This document shows, piece after piece, positions 24,253 through 35,839 of a stretch of 64,000 nucleotides of DNA (positions within the stretch are counted from its first letter, which is position 1; each line of letters begins with the position of its first letter). Position numbers and translations under genes: made by a program. Source of the stretch: Octopus bimaculoides (taxonomy: Eukaryota); NCBI RefSeq assembly GCF_001194135.2, contig NC_068999.1, positions 53,948,849 through 54,012,848 on the forward strand, written 5' to 3'. The notes under the pieces are model-generated. The model was not told the DNA's origin and searched no databases. It saw only the letters and a program-made list of their open reading frames with translations.

Positions 24253-24582
24253 CAGATTGGTGGTTCCCCCACCCTGACAACTTTTCCAAATAGCTCTCTT
24301 TAAAATGCATATTTTTAAATGACATTTTGCAAAAATACCTTTAATAGAGAGTGTAGATTATGTAAGATCTTAAACACATCTGTTAAAAATTGAAAAATAC
24401 TAGTTAGAGAAATTAGTAGTTACAAAAGTCAGGGGAAGAACGATCCAAAACATCTCCAAAAAATGTTTTCCTAAATTTTATCATGTAATTGTAATTTACA
24501 CTCTCGAAAACGTATTTCTGCAAAGTATCATTAAAAACTGCATTTTTCAGAAAATTAATACGAAACTAAGAGCACCAATCTG
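24253..24582. mobile_element. MITE with 10-bp TIRs
   Basis: cagattggtg ... caccaatctg, preceded by TA (mariner-type target). Confidence 0.6.
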
Positions 24583-26372
24583 CAATTATGCCCATTTAAT
24601 AGCATCGGAGTCTGTGAGGGAACTTTGCTCAGCCTGTCAAAAATAGCAGTGAAATCTCCCTTTTTATCACACACCGTGCTATATAAAAAAATAGAAAGTT
24701 ACATTTGCAAAATATAGTCCTAGATGCAGCACGTCTGGTGATGAGAATCATGCTCTTAAACGTTTTTAGCTAGATTTTTTCCCCTCGTAGCATAAGATTC
24801 CACAGTTTGAAATTAATGTTACTCTTTTTTTTTCTTTTTTATGGACGCCTGTAATTCTCTTTGCAGTCATGAGTCCCCGTGTTCGATCTCACTGTCTGGT
24901 ATATTGGACAAGTGCCTTTTACATGTAAATCAAGGTTCCTACAGTGCACGCGTGCATGCACTCTACTAAGTATTCCACTTGTCTGTAGAATACTCAGCCG
25001 TTAATTTCAGGAGTATATAGTTCAGTTGATCGAACAAAGGGATGTTCATCGTCAAACGGGCGAAGGACCTATTATCATTACCTTTTGTTGGTGCAATGTT
25101 GCACACAGTCAGGAAATAGATGGAATGATCACAACTGGAATGCCTTTGTTTCATTGTTATCCAATACCCGATAGATCTTTTCACTAAATTTTCATAAAGG
25201 AAGAAAATTATCCATAATCCAGTTGTAATATTGTGAATATTTTGATAAATGGATTAGGACTCCTATCCTATTCATGTAATATGGATATAGTCAAGTATTG
25301 TAACAAATTTCAGAATATGTCTTAGATTTAGTCTGAACACTTAAACATCTGTTTACGAGTTCTGAAAACCAGCTGTAAAATCAGGAGTGCATATTCTCTT
25401 ACTACCACTGTTTGTGCTCATGGGCCTGAAGTGTAAAGTAGTACTGCTGTGTTAGGGGTTCTTGCTGCTGTAAAATTGAAGACTTATTTGTCTACAGTCT
25501 AGTTCATTTCTACTTGTTGAGGGACTCTCCAGAGGCACTGCATGAATTGAGTTTTTAACGGCTATTTACAACCCAATAGGTTATCAGATCTCTCTTAATT
25601 CGAGCCCTGATGAAATCTAATTTTTGACAGGAGATATTTAAGCTCTGGCTGTTAATTGTTGTTTAGATTCAATACTATGGTTGTAAGTTTTAGTTTTCTT
25701 ATAGTGATTTTTAATATTGTTGCCATGGCAGTGAAGACAGTTCCATGACTGGATACATTGTTTAATCAGCTATTTTCCCATCCTTTACATATCGTTTGTC
25801 ACATAAATCTTGCTCCCCCCTTAACTCACCTGATTTTACATTCTCACACTTTCCATATTAGCATTAGTAGACCCACATCATTACAGGTTTGTATGCTTGT
25901 TACACATAACAGTTCTCCAACTATTCAGGTTTAGGACTCCTCAGTACCATTTTTGTTATAGCCCAATCTCTTAGAGTACACCTGAAGTCACTTGTGTTTT
26001 CCCTCACTCTTAACTAAACTTTATATTCATTAGCTGTTCTCTCACCAATTTGTCACTTTTATCTGGTGATATTCTGTTACCAGTGCCCCTGGACTGGCTT
26101 GTGCGGGTGGCACATAAAAGACACCATTTCGAGCGTGGCCGTTTTCGTGCGGGTGACACGTAAAAGCACCCACTACACTCTCTGAGTGGTTGGCGTTAGG
26201 AAGGGCATCCAGCTGTAGAAACTCTGCCAAATCAGACTGGAGCCTGGTGTTGCCATCCGGTTTCACCAGTCCTCAGTCAAATCGTCCAACCCATGCTAGC
26301 ATGGAAAGCGGACGTTAAACGATGATGATGATGATGATTTGCAAATTTGTAAACAATTACTTGTGTAATTAA

Positions 26373-26534
<162 letters not shown>

Positions 26535-27920
26535 TGAAATTTTTAACCCTTTTGTTACCATATTTCTAACCAAAAACACAGTTTAACAAAACTTTCTTAA
26601 CCATATCTGTTGTATAATTTTTGTCTCAAAGTGAATCTAAATACAGGTAAATTCAACAAAATACAGCATTATTTAAATTTTACTTACACATCAGCATAAA
26701 AAAATGAGCTATTAGCTAATATTCAATGAATATACAACAAAATTTTAATAGAAGAAATGTACAAATTTCTGGATTATCATTTGAACAGGTGTACCATATA
26801 GGTAAAACAGAAGGAACTACTAGAAATTGTCTTTGAAGGAAAACTAGGAAATGAAATAGATGCCATTTACTAAATAAAATAAATTAACATGCACACAAAC
26901 ATGTATAATAATGATTCATAATCCAACTTAAAAATTTGTCACACATCTTACAAGTAAATAAGAAAAAAAAAGTGCTCGGTCTTTCCCCTGTGGAAAATGC
27001 ATCACTTGACATAGACAGATGATTGGTGACGAGACAAACTCACTCCTGAGAATTTGGAAATGAAAGGTGTGAAAACTTAAACGATCTCTTTGCTTCACAG
27101 AGATTCTAGGGTGATGCATTTGTTGTGAAAGAGGAGGAGAGTCTTAGAATGTAAAGTACAACTGGCAGTTTCTAGAAGACAACCTACTCTGAGTTACAGA
27201 GCAGGTCAGAGGTTGATAAGATGGCTCTGGAACATTGAAAGCAGGGCAATATCAAGTAACTAGAGGCTTCAGCAGTATGTCCACTTATTCTGCACTGTCA
27301 TGGATGAAACACCTTGAGGCAGTATTCTATGGCCAGATTCCCTTCCAGGTGCTCATCCTTATTTTTCAACTGAGATGCTTTATTCCAAGCCTTTGCACAT
27401 GAAACTGCTAATTCAGTTCTCTCTCCTAAATGTGAGTAACCATATAGCTAGCTCCCCTACAGCAAGAACCTGCTCTTGTACCTCAGTCTTCATCTGAGTT
27501 GCATGACAATCTCACTAGTATTAGGAAAGGTATCCTACCATAGAAACTATGCTGAAGCACAATACAGTCCTTAGGCTATGCTTACATGGAACCTAGATGT
27601 TAAATGATAATGAAAATGCTTCTCTCCAATTTTTACTGAGTACAAGGCTTTTATATTTTAAGGGAACAGGCATTTGATGCTTAACTTTCCCTAGAGGATT
27701 GAAACCATAATGCACCGATAGCTTGCCATGAGCTTCACCATTTGTGTTATGTCATCATCTTTATTTAATGTCCATGTTCCATGCTAGCATGGGTTGGACT
27801 GTGCATTTGCAAAAACAAATGATTTTAAATTTTATAATTTCCTCTGTTAATACACTTAATCACTTGTAACTGCTACATTGCAGAGCTATCTCGCTTGATT
27901 CATGCTATTTCTTTTTCCAG

Positions 27921-28027
27921 TTCTCATTATTCGAGATAAAGAAAGTCGTCAATCTCGAGGCTATGCTTTTGTCACTTTTGAAAATCCATTGGATGCAGAA
28001 GATGCAGTCAAAGCTGTTGATGGCATA
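27921..28027 (+). CDS. RBMX: RBMX-like, RRM RNP1 exon
   Basis: ttccag|TT...ATA|gtaggt, phase 1/0, ILIIRDKESRQSRGYAFVTFENPLDAEDAVKAVDGI (RGYAFVTF = RNP1). Confidence 0.96.
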
Positions 28028-28640
28028 GTAGGTACTTTTTTCCTTGCTTGATATAATGCAGTTCACATCTCATTGTGATTTTACAATCACTTCATTTCCT
28101 CCTTTGTGGAGCTTGTGATGTATTTTGGAATAACATAGTGAAAAAGTAGTGGTGACTCCCAAGTTCAGATTTTACCACTACCATTATAACTGAATATAAC
28201 AGAACGGTTACAACTCTAACTTCTAATGAGTCTATTGGATTAGAATGACTTGCAGTTAAAACAACCACAATAGAATGTGTATTTTGTCTTACTCAAGTGA
28301 CAATCATCATCTTCATCATCATCGTTTAGCGGACGTTAAACAACGATGATGATGACATTATAGGGTAGGTGTTAGAGATTGGATCTGGTCAATTTCAACA
28401 TAAATCAGGAAGAATGTTTGGGCTCTATATGGCCTGTTTGAATACTAAAGGGTCAAATGTCTTACATCTTAGGAATGTGGCACTTTACCTATTAAGAATT
28501 GTTACTTATAAACACTAATTTGAGACAGAAAAGACAGGATTTGAACCACATATATATTACTTACTGGGCGATTACCTGCCATTCCATCTTCTCAAATTAG
28601 ACACCTATAAGTTGTTTCTGCTACTTGTATATCCCCAAGG

Positions 28641-28830
28641 CTTGGCTATGTGGTTAAGAGACTTTGCAACCACATGGTGTTGGGGTTCAGTCCTACTGCA
28701 TGACACTTTGGGCAAGTGTCTTCTATAGATCTGGACATACCAAAACCTTGTGAGTAAATTTGGTAGATAGAAACTAAAAGAAGCCCTTTGTATTTGTGTG
28801 TGTTTGGATTTCCTTGTCTTGATATTGTGC
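28641..28830 (+). mobile_element. SINE family A, 5' half
   Basis: ttggctatgtggttaag...ggttcagtcc...ttgtgagtaaatttggtag. Confidence 0.75.
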
Positions 28831-29553
28831 TAATTGTAAACAAACCTCACTCTTTTCATTCTTTTGTGATTGTCTGGGGTAACATGTCCAGCCATTGTGC
28901 TGTTTGTATTTGAAGGACTTGAGGAAATATTACCTTACTTGAAAACAGTTGAAGTTTCCTGTTATAGAAAATTAATTTAGTCTGATCCACACAAGCATGG
29001 AAAAGGGTGTTAAAATGGAGATTAATAGTCAGTCACTTAGTGTTAAAATAGCAGAAACAGTTCAGAGCAAGTCTATTGCTCTTTATGTCTTCAGTTGATG
29101 CTTATTAATGTCCAATATCTGTCCAAATTATGAGTAAAGAATAGTCAGTTGAAGCAGTCCAGGAGGAGGATATACAGTGGTGGGATTTGAACAATTTCTT
29201 ACTGCTACAAAAAACTGTCCAGTCATTATTGTATTGACTATAGTCGATGTATGATACAGTATGACCAAATTTTCCATGCTGTAAAATAAGTTTTGTGGCT
29301 GGTATAGTTCACTTTTGTCAGTTGTGAAATCTGCTATATACCATTTCATCAGATTGTAGTGCTGTGCTCAAATCCTATGTGGAGCAATTGTGGTAATGAG
29401 TGTCTTTAACTGCTTAATGACTAAGATAATTTTCTATGATCTTCTGGTTGAAAGTGGGTGGGGTTGGGTGCTGAACATTTCAGGTTTAATATCTTACTAC
29501 TTTCATTTGTTAGTTTTAAAGTTAGCCTTTTTTTACTTTTTTTTCTTTTGTAG

Positions 29554-29750
29554 GAATTGAAAGGCCGTGAAATTCATTGTGAACAAGCAATTCTTCCTCA
29601 AGCTCTGGAGAGAAATAGGCGTGGACCACCACCATCAAGGGGTTCTCGTGGAAGACCATCTTTACTTCTGAGAACTGCTAGAGAAAAGCTGTCAAAAGCC
29701 AGAAGAGGTGGTTTTGCAGGGAAGCCCATTCGTGGAAGGCCTATCGGAAG
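29554..29750 (+). CDS. RBMX: RBMX-like, end of RRM and RG-rich region
   Basis: ttgtag|GAA...AG|gtatat, phase 0/2, ELKGREIHCEQAILPQALERNRRGPPPSRGSRGRP... Confidence 0.92.
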
Positions 29751-30116
29751 GTATATATCATAGCATCAAATTACCAGATCGTTTATTGGATATTTGATTT
29801 AAGAATATTGTAAAGCAACCAACTAGCAGTCCTTGTAGTAATTGTTTAGGCTCACTGCACTATGTTTAAATGCCACTGAGGTCGACTTTACTTTTAATCC
29901 TTTTCAATATGCTGAAGTACAATCTTGATTCTTCTCCCTTTTCCTGAAAGAAACTAGTGAGACCTAGAGAGAGATAGACTCTAAAAAAGTGCTCAAGACA
30001 TGCCATGACTGCACTCCTACAAATCCGAACCAAGGGCAGGGAATAAGAATATTGGTGTAGGAGACACCTAATACTCTGATAGGAAACATCAGTGTTGAGT
30101 TAGTATAGTGATGGTA

Positions 30117-30344
30117 TACATTATTTTTACATTTGACGAATATTTGTCCTCATCTTGTTTGTTGTTAACATGTTTCAGCTGATATACCCTCCAGCCTTCA
30201 TTGGGTGTCTCGGGGAAATTTCGAACCTGGGTTCTCATTCCTAAGGTATTTTTTGATGTTGTTATTATTCAGGTCACTGCCTGGAATCGAACTTGGAATC
30301 TTGGGATTAGTAGCCTATGCTCTTAACTGCTACGCCATATGCCC
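30117..30344 (-). mobile_element. tRNA-headed SINE with Penelope-like hammerhead-bearing tail (left copy of an inverted pair)
   Basis: The minus strand reads gggcatatggcgtagcagttaagagc...agttcgattccaggc (A and B boxes) followed by a body ending gacacccaatgaaggctg...cagctgaaac...aaatgtaaaaataatgta. Confidence 0.75.
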
Positions 30345-30482
30345 GTGGACAATTATGGAGTGAATTTTAGGGCTTATAAATCTGATATTTTCCTATCCTT
30401 CCTTAATACTGGAACTGGTATTAAGGAAGGATAGGAAAATATCAGATTTATAAGCCCTAAAATTCACTCCATAATTGTCCAC
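30345..30482. repeat. Perfect palindrome: 65-bp arms and 8-nt spacer
   Basis: 30345-30409 is the exact reverse complement of 30418-30482; spacer tggaactg. Confidence 0.97.
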
Positions 30483-30870
30483 TGGCTACTAACCCTGATT
30501 CCGAGGTTGATTCCAGGCAGTCATCATCGTTTAACATCCGTTTTCCATGCTAGCATGGGTTTGACAATTCAACTGGGGTCTGGGAAGCCAGGAGGTTTGC
30601 ACCAGGCTCCAATCTGATCTGGCAGTGTTTCTACAGTTGGATGCCCTTCCTGATGCCAACCACTCCATGATTGTAGTGGGTGCTTTTTATGTGCCATTGG
30701 CACAGTGACCTGAATAATAATAAACATTGAAAAATACCTTAGGAATGAGAACCCAAGTTCGAAATTTCCCCAAGACACCTGATGAAGGCTGGAGGGTATA
30801 TCAGCCAAAATGTTGTGTTAACAACAAAGAAGATGAGGACAAAATATCAGTCAAATGTAAATAATGTAAA
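30483..30870 (+). mobile_element. Second copy of the same SINE (A box deleted), interrupted by a GAT-tailed element at ~30523-30703
   Basis: Reverse complement of 30117-30310 with scattered mismatches; the insertion is flanked by a duplicated cagt. Confidence 0.75.
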
Positions 30871-31074
30871 TAATTCTTCATCCCTTAAATACAGAACTGT
30901 ATCCATTATTTTTGTTGGGTGTCTGCCTAATTCTCAGGCTCATTTTGCAATTATGGTGATGACCAGGGATGTGACTCAGTAACCCCTGGTTTAGTATTGT
31001 TTCATGAGTTAACTTTTTTTTTTAGACAATCCTCTGTCATTCTAGTTATGAATTATTCAACCTGATATTTTCAG

Positions 31075-31331
31075 TTCATTCCGAGGAGGTCCTCCAGGAA
31101 GATTGCGTCCATCAGGGAGAGGTGGACCTCCAGGGCATTTCTCACCACCCTCTTTAAGAGGAAGAGGCCCACCTTCACCACCAATTGTAAGCTCTCGAAG
31201 TATGTTTAGAGATTCTTCTCGAGGGCCACCAATATCATCACGTGTTCCTCGTGATCTCTCTCCTCGCAGTGGGCCACCAAGAAGAGGCATACCTAGAAGT
31301 ATGGATTCACCTCCAAGAAGATCCAGCTTTG
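31075..31331 (+). CDS. RBMX: RBMX-like, Pro/Arg/Ser-rich exon
   Basis: ttttcag|T...TTTG|gtaggt, phase 2/1, SSFRGGPPGRLRPSGRGGPPGHFSPP...PPRRSSF. Confidence 0.9.
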
Positions 31332-33024
31332 GTAGGTGTTTTTTTTTTCCCCCCTCTTTTCTTGATGCTGTTTTAATAGTAGTTTTCTTAAAAATTGTTG
31401 GTTTGTTCTTGTTTTCAAAAAGACTTGACATTTCTACCAGGTGTTATCTAATGAGTTACAGTTTTTTGTTGTTGTGAAGATGATAAACTAACTAGATGCC
31501 TTCTTGAAATGTTTAGTTTAATTCTTCTGTAATTGTTAATGGTTTCAACTGACTAGATTTCTAAGTCTGTGAAATTTTAAAAATATATTATCAGTAAATA
31601 AGTGCTAAATCAACGAAGTTAAAGTGGTACACTACAGACTATATGGTCATCATTCCAGTCAGATGTGTTGTGCCCTTTGGGCAAGCATGTAATTCTGCAT
31701 ACCACATTTTACCCTGCTAACAAAGTGTAGCAATGGTTACTCCAACAGAAAATAATCATTCTCTTACTAACCTGATAATACGGAATTATAACTGACATTT
31801 ACTATTAGATTGCAAGAATAGTTTTAAATCTACTTAAAATAATTTACTGTGACATGCTTAGCAGCCCAAGAGTTCTTCAATTACATAGTGTATATATTTT
31901 CTTTCAAATCCACAATCTGATGGCTTTCCCAAATCACCACTCTCATATTCTAGGATGTCCATATACACTGCTCTCCTTAAATGTGAGTGAAGTAATATTT
32001 TAAACAGTATTTTGTTTGTTTCCATTGACTCAGTTGAAATTGTTCTTATTTTAATACTTTACATTCTACGTAATTATCACCATTTCTATTATCTGAAACT
32101 TAAAATCTCAGCAATGGATTATGTTCCAATGATCTTTAAATTATATATCAATCCTTTAGACCAGTGCTTGCAGTACACTTATATTCTTTCCAGAATTCAG
32201 CGGCACACCTGAACTAAAAGTATAAGGGAAAATATTATATTCAGGTTACACTCTGGCATACCAGTTCCAGAGCACTGCTGTTAAACAGCAACAGCTCAGT
32301 GTAAGCATTTGCTCAGTCTGGATATTAATTACCTCTATGCAGATGAGAATATATTTTATGAAATTTAATTTATCTTTAGTCTATTCTAATAACTTAGCCT
32401 AACTCATTCATTGAAGGTAAATTTCTTTTTGACTATTTTTCATTTTTTCCCCTCTTTAAATGGAAATTTGTCTTCATAAAGATTTATTTTTGTAATATCA
32501 AGAACTTAATGTATATATTGTAGTTAACTATCTCTTAATTGCTTCAGTTCAATATTACTTTTAATATACAGTATATATCTTATGTGTTCTTCACTTTTAA
32601 CACATTAGTTGTTTTCTGTTTCTTTTTATTTTATCTTTTACTATATAACATGAATTATGAAGAAATTACCTAATGACAGATTTTTCTTCTTTTAACATCG
32701 TGTAATTCAGTATACTTAATTATTGGCACATGTGACCAAATAATGTTGTGTACTTCTGATTTTTAACTTCAAATTGTTCTGGTTTGTTAGTTTAATTTTT
32801 GCTGTTATTAACTGGTTTCCACATAGTAGTTAGTTGTGCAGATGTATATATATATATATAATTGACTGTGAAGTAACTGTTGTAACATGTTCTTGGATGT
32901 ATATATATTTATACATATATATCTATAATAAATTGCTATGTTAATCAGGCATCAGTTTTACGGGTGCTTTAAAATTCCCTTTCCTGTATTCTACTTTGGG
33001 TATCCCCTCTTCCTCTCTTTACAG

Positions 33025-33063
33025 ATGATGAATACAATTCCCCACCTTATTGGGAAAAGTCAG
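33025..33063 (+). CDS. RBMX-like, candidate 39-nt symmetric cassette micro-exon
   Basis: cctctctttacag|ATGATG...TCAG|gtaaac, phase 1/1, open in frame: DDEYNSPPYWEKS. Confidence 0.5.
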
Positions 33064-33358
33064 GTAAACATCAATTTTTCCGAAGAATTAGGGTGAAATG
33101 AGAAATAGCCTTTACTATATAAATGTATTTTTCATCCCCTTTTTGCTTTTATTTATGGGTGATTTTTTTTTTTTTTTACTTTTAACCAGTTGCATTTTAC
33201 TAATATACAAATTCAGATTTAAAATTAGAAAGGTCTTACAAATCTTCAGTTAGATTCTTAGAATCTTCCAATTCAAATATCTGGGCTTATCTTTTATAAT
33301 TAGTTTGGGGTAATTTTTCTTCTTTGTGTGTCTTTGTTCTTCTATTTATGACAAGTAT

Positions 33359-33389
<31 letters not shown>

Positions 33390-34867
33390 GAAATATTTTC
33401 TGTTTCAGCCCTTTCTATAAAATTAAGGCTTCACTGAACCTTTTCATCATTAAAATATTTAGAAACTAAGTTATGATTTTTATGTAGTATGCTTTCAGTT
33501 ATTAATTTTATTTTCTGAAGACCCTAATTTACATTATACATCTGGTTACAAACTTGTATTCATTTCTATAGAAAAAAAAAATAATTTCCTTTAAATTTAG
33601 GTGAATTAGTACAAAGCTTCTGTTGACTTTGTATATACATGATTTTCAGTCAGGTAATATATTTCTAACAAACCAATTTTTCCTGACTTCTCTTAAGTTT
33701 GCTTTGCACCACTTGGTGTCAGGTTCAGTCTCCCTATTCAGTACCCTGGGCAAGTATTTCCTAGTATAACCTCAACCCAAGAGTGAGTGAGTTAGACAGA
33801 AATTAAAACCAAGCCCATTGTGTGTGTTTCCTTGTCTTGACTCCATGCACTACGTCTTGTCTTGTAACGGAATTCACCCAGAGGTGATTAAGCCAGCTCT
33901 TATTGAGATCATGGCAGTTTTAAAGGATGATCAGTCCATGAAAACCGGTTCCGTCTGTATTTGTAAACCACCATACACAACCTGCAGGAACAGGCAACAA
34001 AAAATGCTATGGAAAATCTGCTTTTGTGAATTTCATCTGACTATACAAGCAAATAGACATAAATGATTTTTCATTTACAAATGTCTGTCTGTGCACAGAC
34101 TGGTTACAGGTAACTAAACCCAAGGGAGATTCAGGACTACAAGTTTTTGGACTGTGAAAGCTACTTATGTAACCAGTTTAATTCCTGATTTATTAAATTT
34201 GTATTCTAAATGAAGATTACTGAAATATTTTATAAATATTCATAATTATATCGATAGATTTATTTATTACATTATAGTCTCTTTCTCTTAATAAGTATAG
34301 TATATCTAATCTAGTGAGGGGCTGTAGTAAATAGTGTGAAGGGAGGTGACTATTGTTTACATCATAAGATGGCTCTCTTTTTATGTGTCACACTAATAAT
34401 CTCAAATTCAGGGCTGTGTGTTTCTTGAAATTTTGTCAAAATTGCTGTTGAATTTTCAATAGTTGGTAAAGGATGACAAACTTCAACACTTTGCCTATAT
34501 TGAATGCTCTTTTTTCTTTTTTCCTGCAGTTTCTCTAGTCATCCTTAAAGCTGATATTTCAAAATTTACTTTAACGTCTGCATGATATTAGATATTAACT
34601 ACATTTATTACATTTGCATATTTCAATTTATTTGTCTCTGTGCAGTATGTAGATAACTTACTATCTACTAATTTCTAATAATGACTATTCAATTTAATTG
34701 CATGCTGTAACTTGAGTATTATTTAGATTTAATGTATTAAATTAATTACAAAATTGTTACAAATGTACAATAGGAATTAACTCTGTGTGTGTCTAGATCT
34801 TTTTATTGATCTTTATCTAGACATTTCTGTTGTTTTGTATGTCTATGCAGTTATTTGTCTATTGTAG

Positions 34868-34982
34868 GCCGAAGTGACCGATTGTCTATGGGTGTACCTG
34901 AAAGAGGACCCCTTCGCAGCAGAGATTTTCATCCTGCACCATCTCCACCTAGAGAGATGAGGCGAGAATACAGAAGTGAAAG
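34868..34982 (+). CDS. RBMX: RBMX-like exon
   Basis: attgtag|GC...AG|gtacgt, phase 1/2, GRSDRLSMGVPERGPLRSRDFHPAPSPPREMRREYRSER. Confidence 0.88.
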
Positions 34983-35773
34983 GTACGTCGTTTTTTTTTG
35001 TTTTTTTTTCTATGCAAATATGATTATAAATTATGTATTCCCCATTTTTCTGTAGTGTATGTAACAGGGAAAATGAATTTTATTTGTGGTATCTGGGCCA
35101 AATATTAAACTCTGAAGCTCAACATGGGAGTTTGGGTAGCATGGTTATTTAATCCCCACTGCCTTCACCAGCACTACTACTACTATTCTCAAATATATTC
35201 CGATTCGAGGTTGCAATCCTTGTCAGAGGCCCCAATATTGAGTCAAGTAGCCAGAGATGGTACTTTGTCTATGATATTCAGAACTTGGTAGGTTGATCTT
35301 GGACATGTCACACAGGCCCACTAATAATGTGTGAACAAGCCCTGTCATGTGAACCAATTGTTGCCCCTGCTTCAGAATTAAAAAGGCCCTGCGTCTCAAG
35401 AACAGATTCAAGAATAACAGAATAGACTGTAAGTAATCTGGCAGAAAGCAATGAGACATTCCTGCTGCGTCTTTCGCAAGAACAGTCATGGATCATCAGA
35501 CTTTATTATAGAGGCCCATGATTGCTGATGCCTGTGGTCATTGCATAGGAGTTGAGGGAGAGGAGTGGAAACCCTTGGATTCTGAAAGTGTTATTGTAGA
35601 AATGAAATGTGTATGTTACTGAAGTACAAAATGTGGAAAGGAGGATTGCCTACTCTACACTAAAAATTGAGAATTGTTTCATGATGGAATACATTCAATT
35701 ATTAATGAGTTAAAAACTGTTTAGGACAAGATTTCTTTTATATAAACTAGAAAATACTTTTCTTTTGTTTCAG

Positions 35774-35839
35774 GGAATTCCGAGAATTTAGCCCCAGGGA
35801 TTTTGATCGTCCTTCATTCCGTGAAAAGATATCTTCAAG
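35774..35839 (+). CDS. RBMX: RBMX-like exon
   Basis: gtttcag|G...AG|gtaagc, phase 2/2, REFREFSPRDFDRPSFREKISSR. Confidence 0.85.

Noticed and set aside
25600-25645. gagccCTGATGAaatct...gagatatttaagctc hammerhead-like string (also CTGATGA at ~5268 and ~50355)
   Set aside because: The GAAA half-core or stem II is absent, so it cannot be distinguished from chance.
30277-30344. tRNA gene call for this and other SINE heads
   Set aside because: A and B boxes are present, but there is no complete cloverleaf, and each continues into a repeated SINE body.
32194-32244. Possible 51-nt poison exon in RBMX intron 5 (ttctttccag|AATTC...TAA...CAG|gttaca)
   Set aside because: The acceptor is good but the donor GTTACA is weak, and there is no further support.
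35220-35600. Possible exon or ORF in RBMX intron 6
   Set aside because: There are stops in all frames and no phase 2/2 splice pair; it more likely is an old LINE fragment, too degraded to call.
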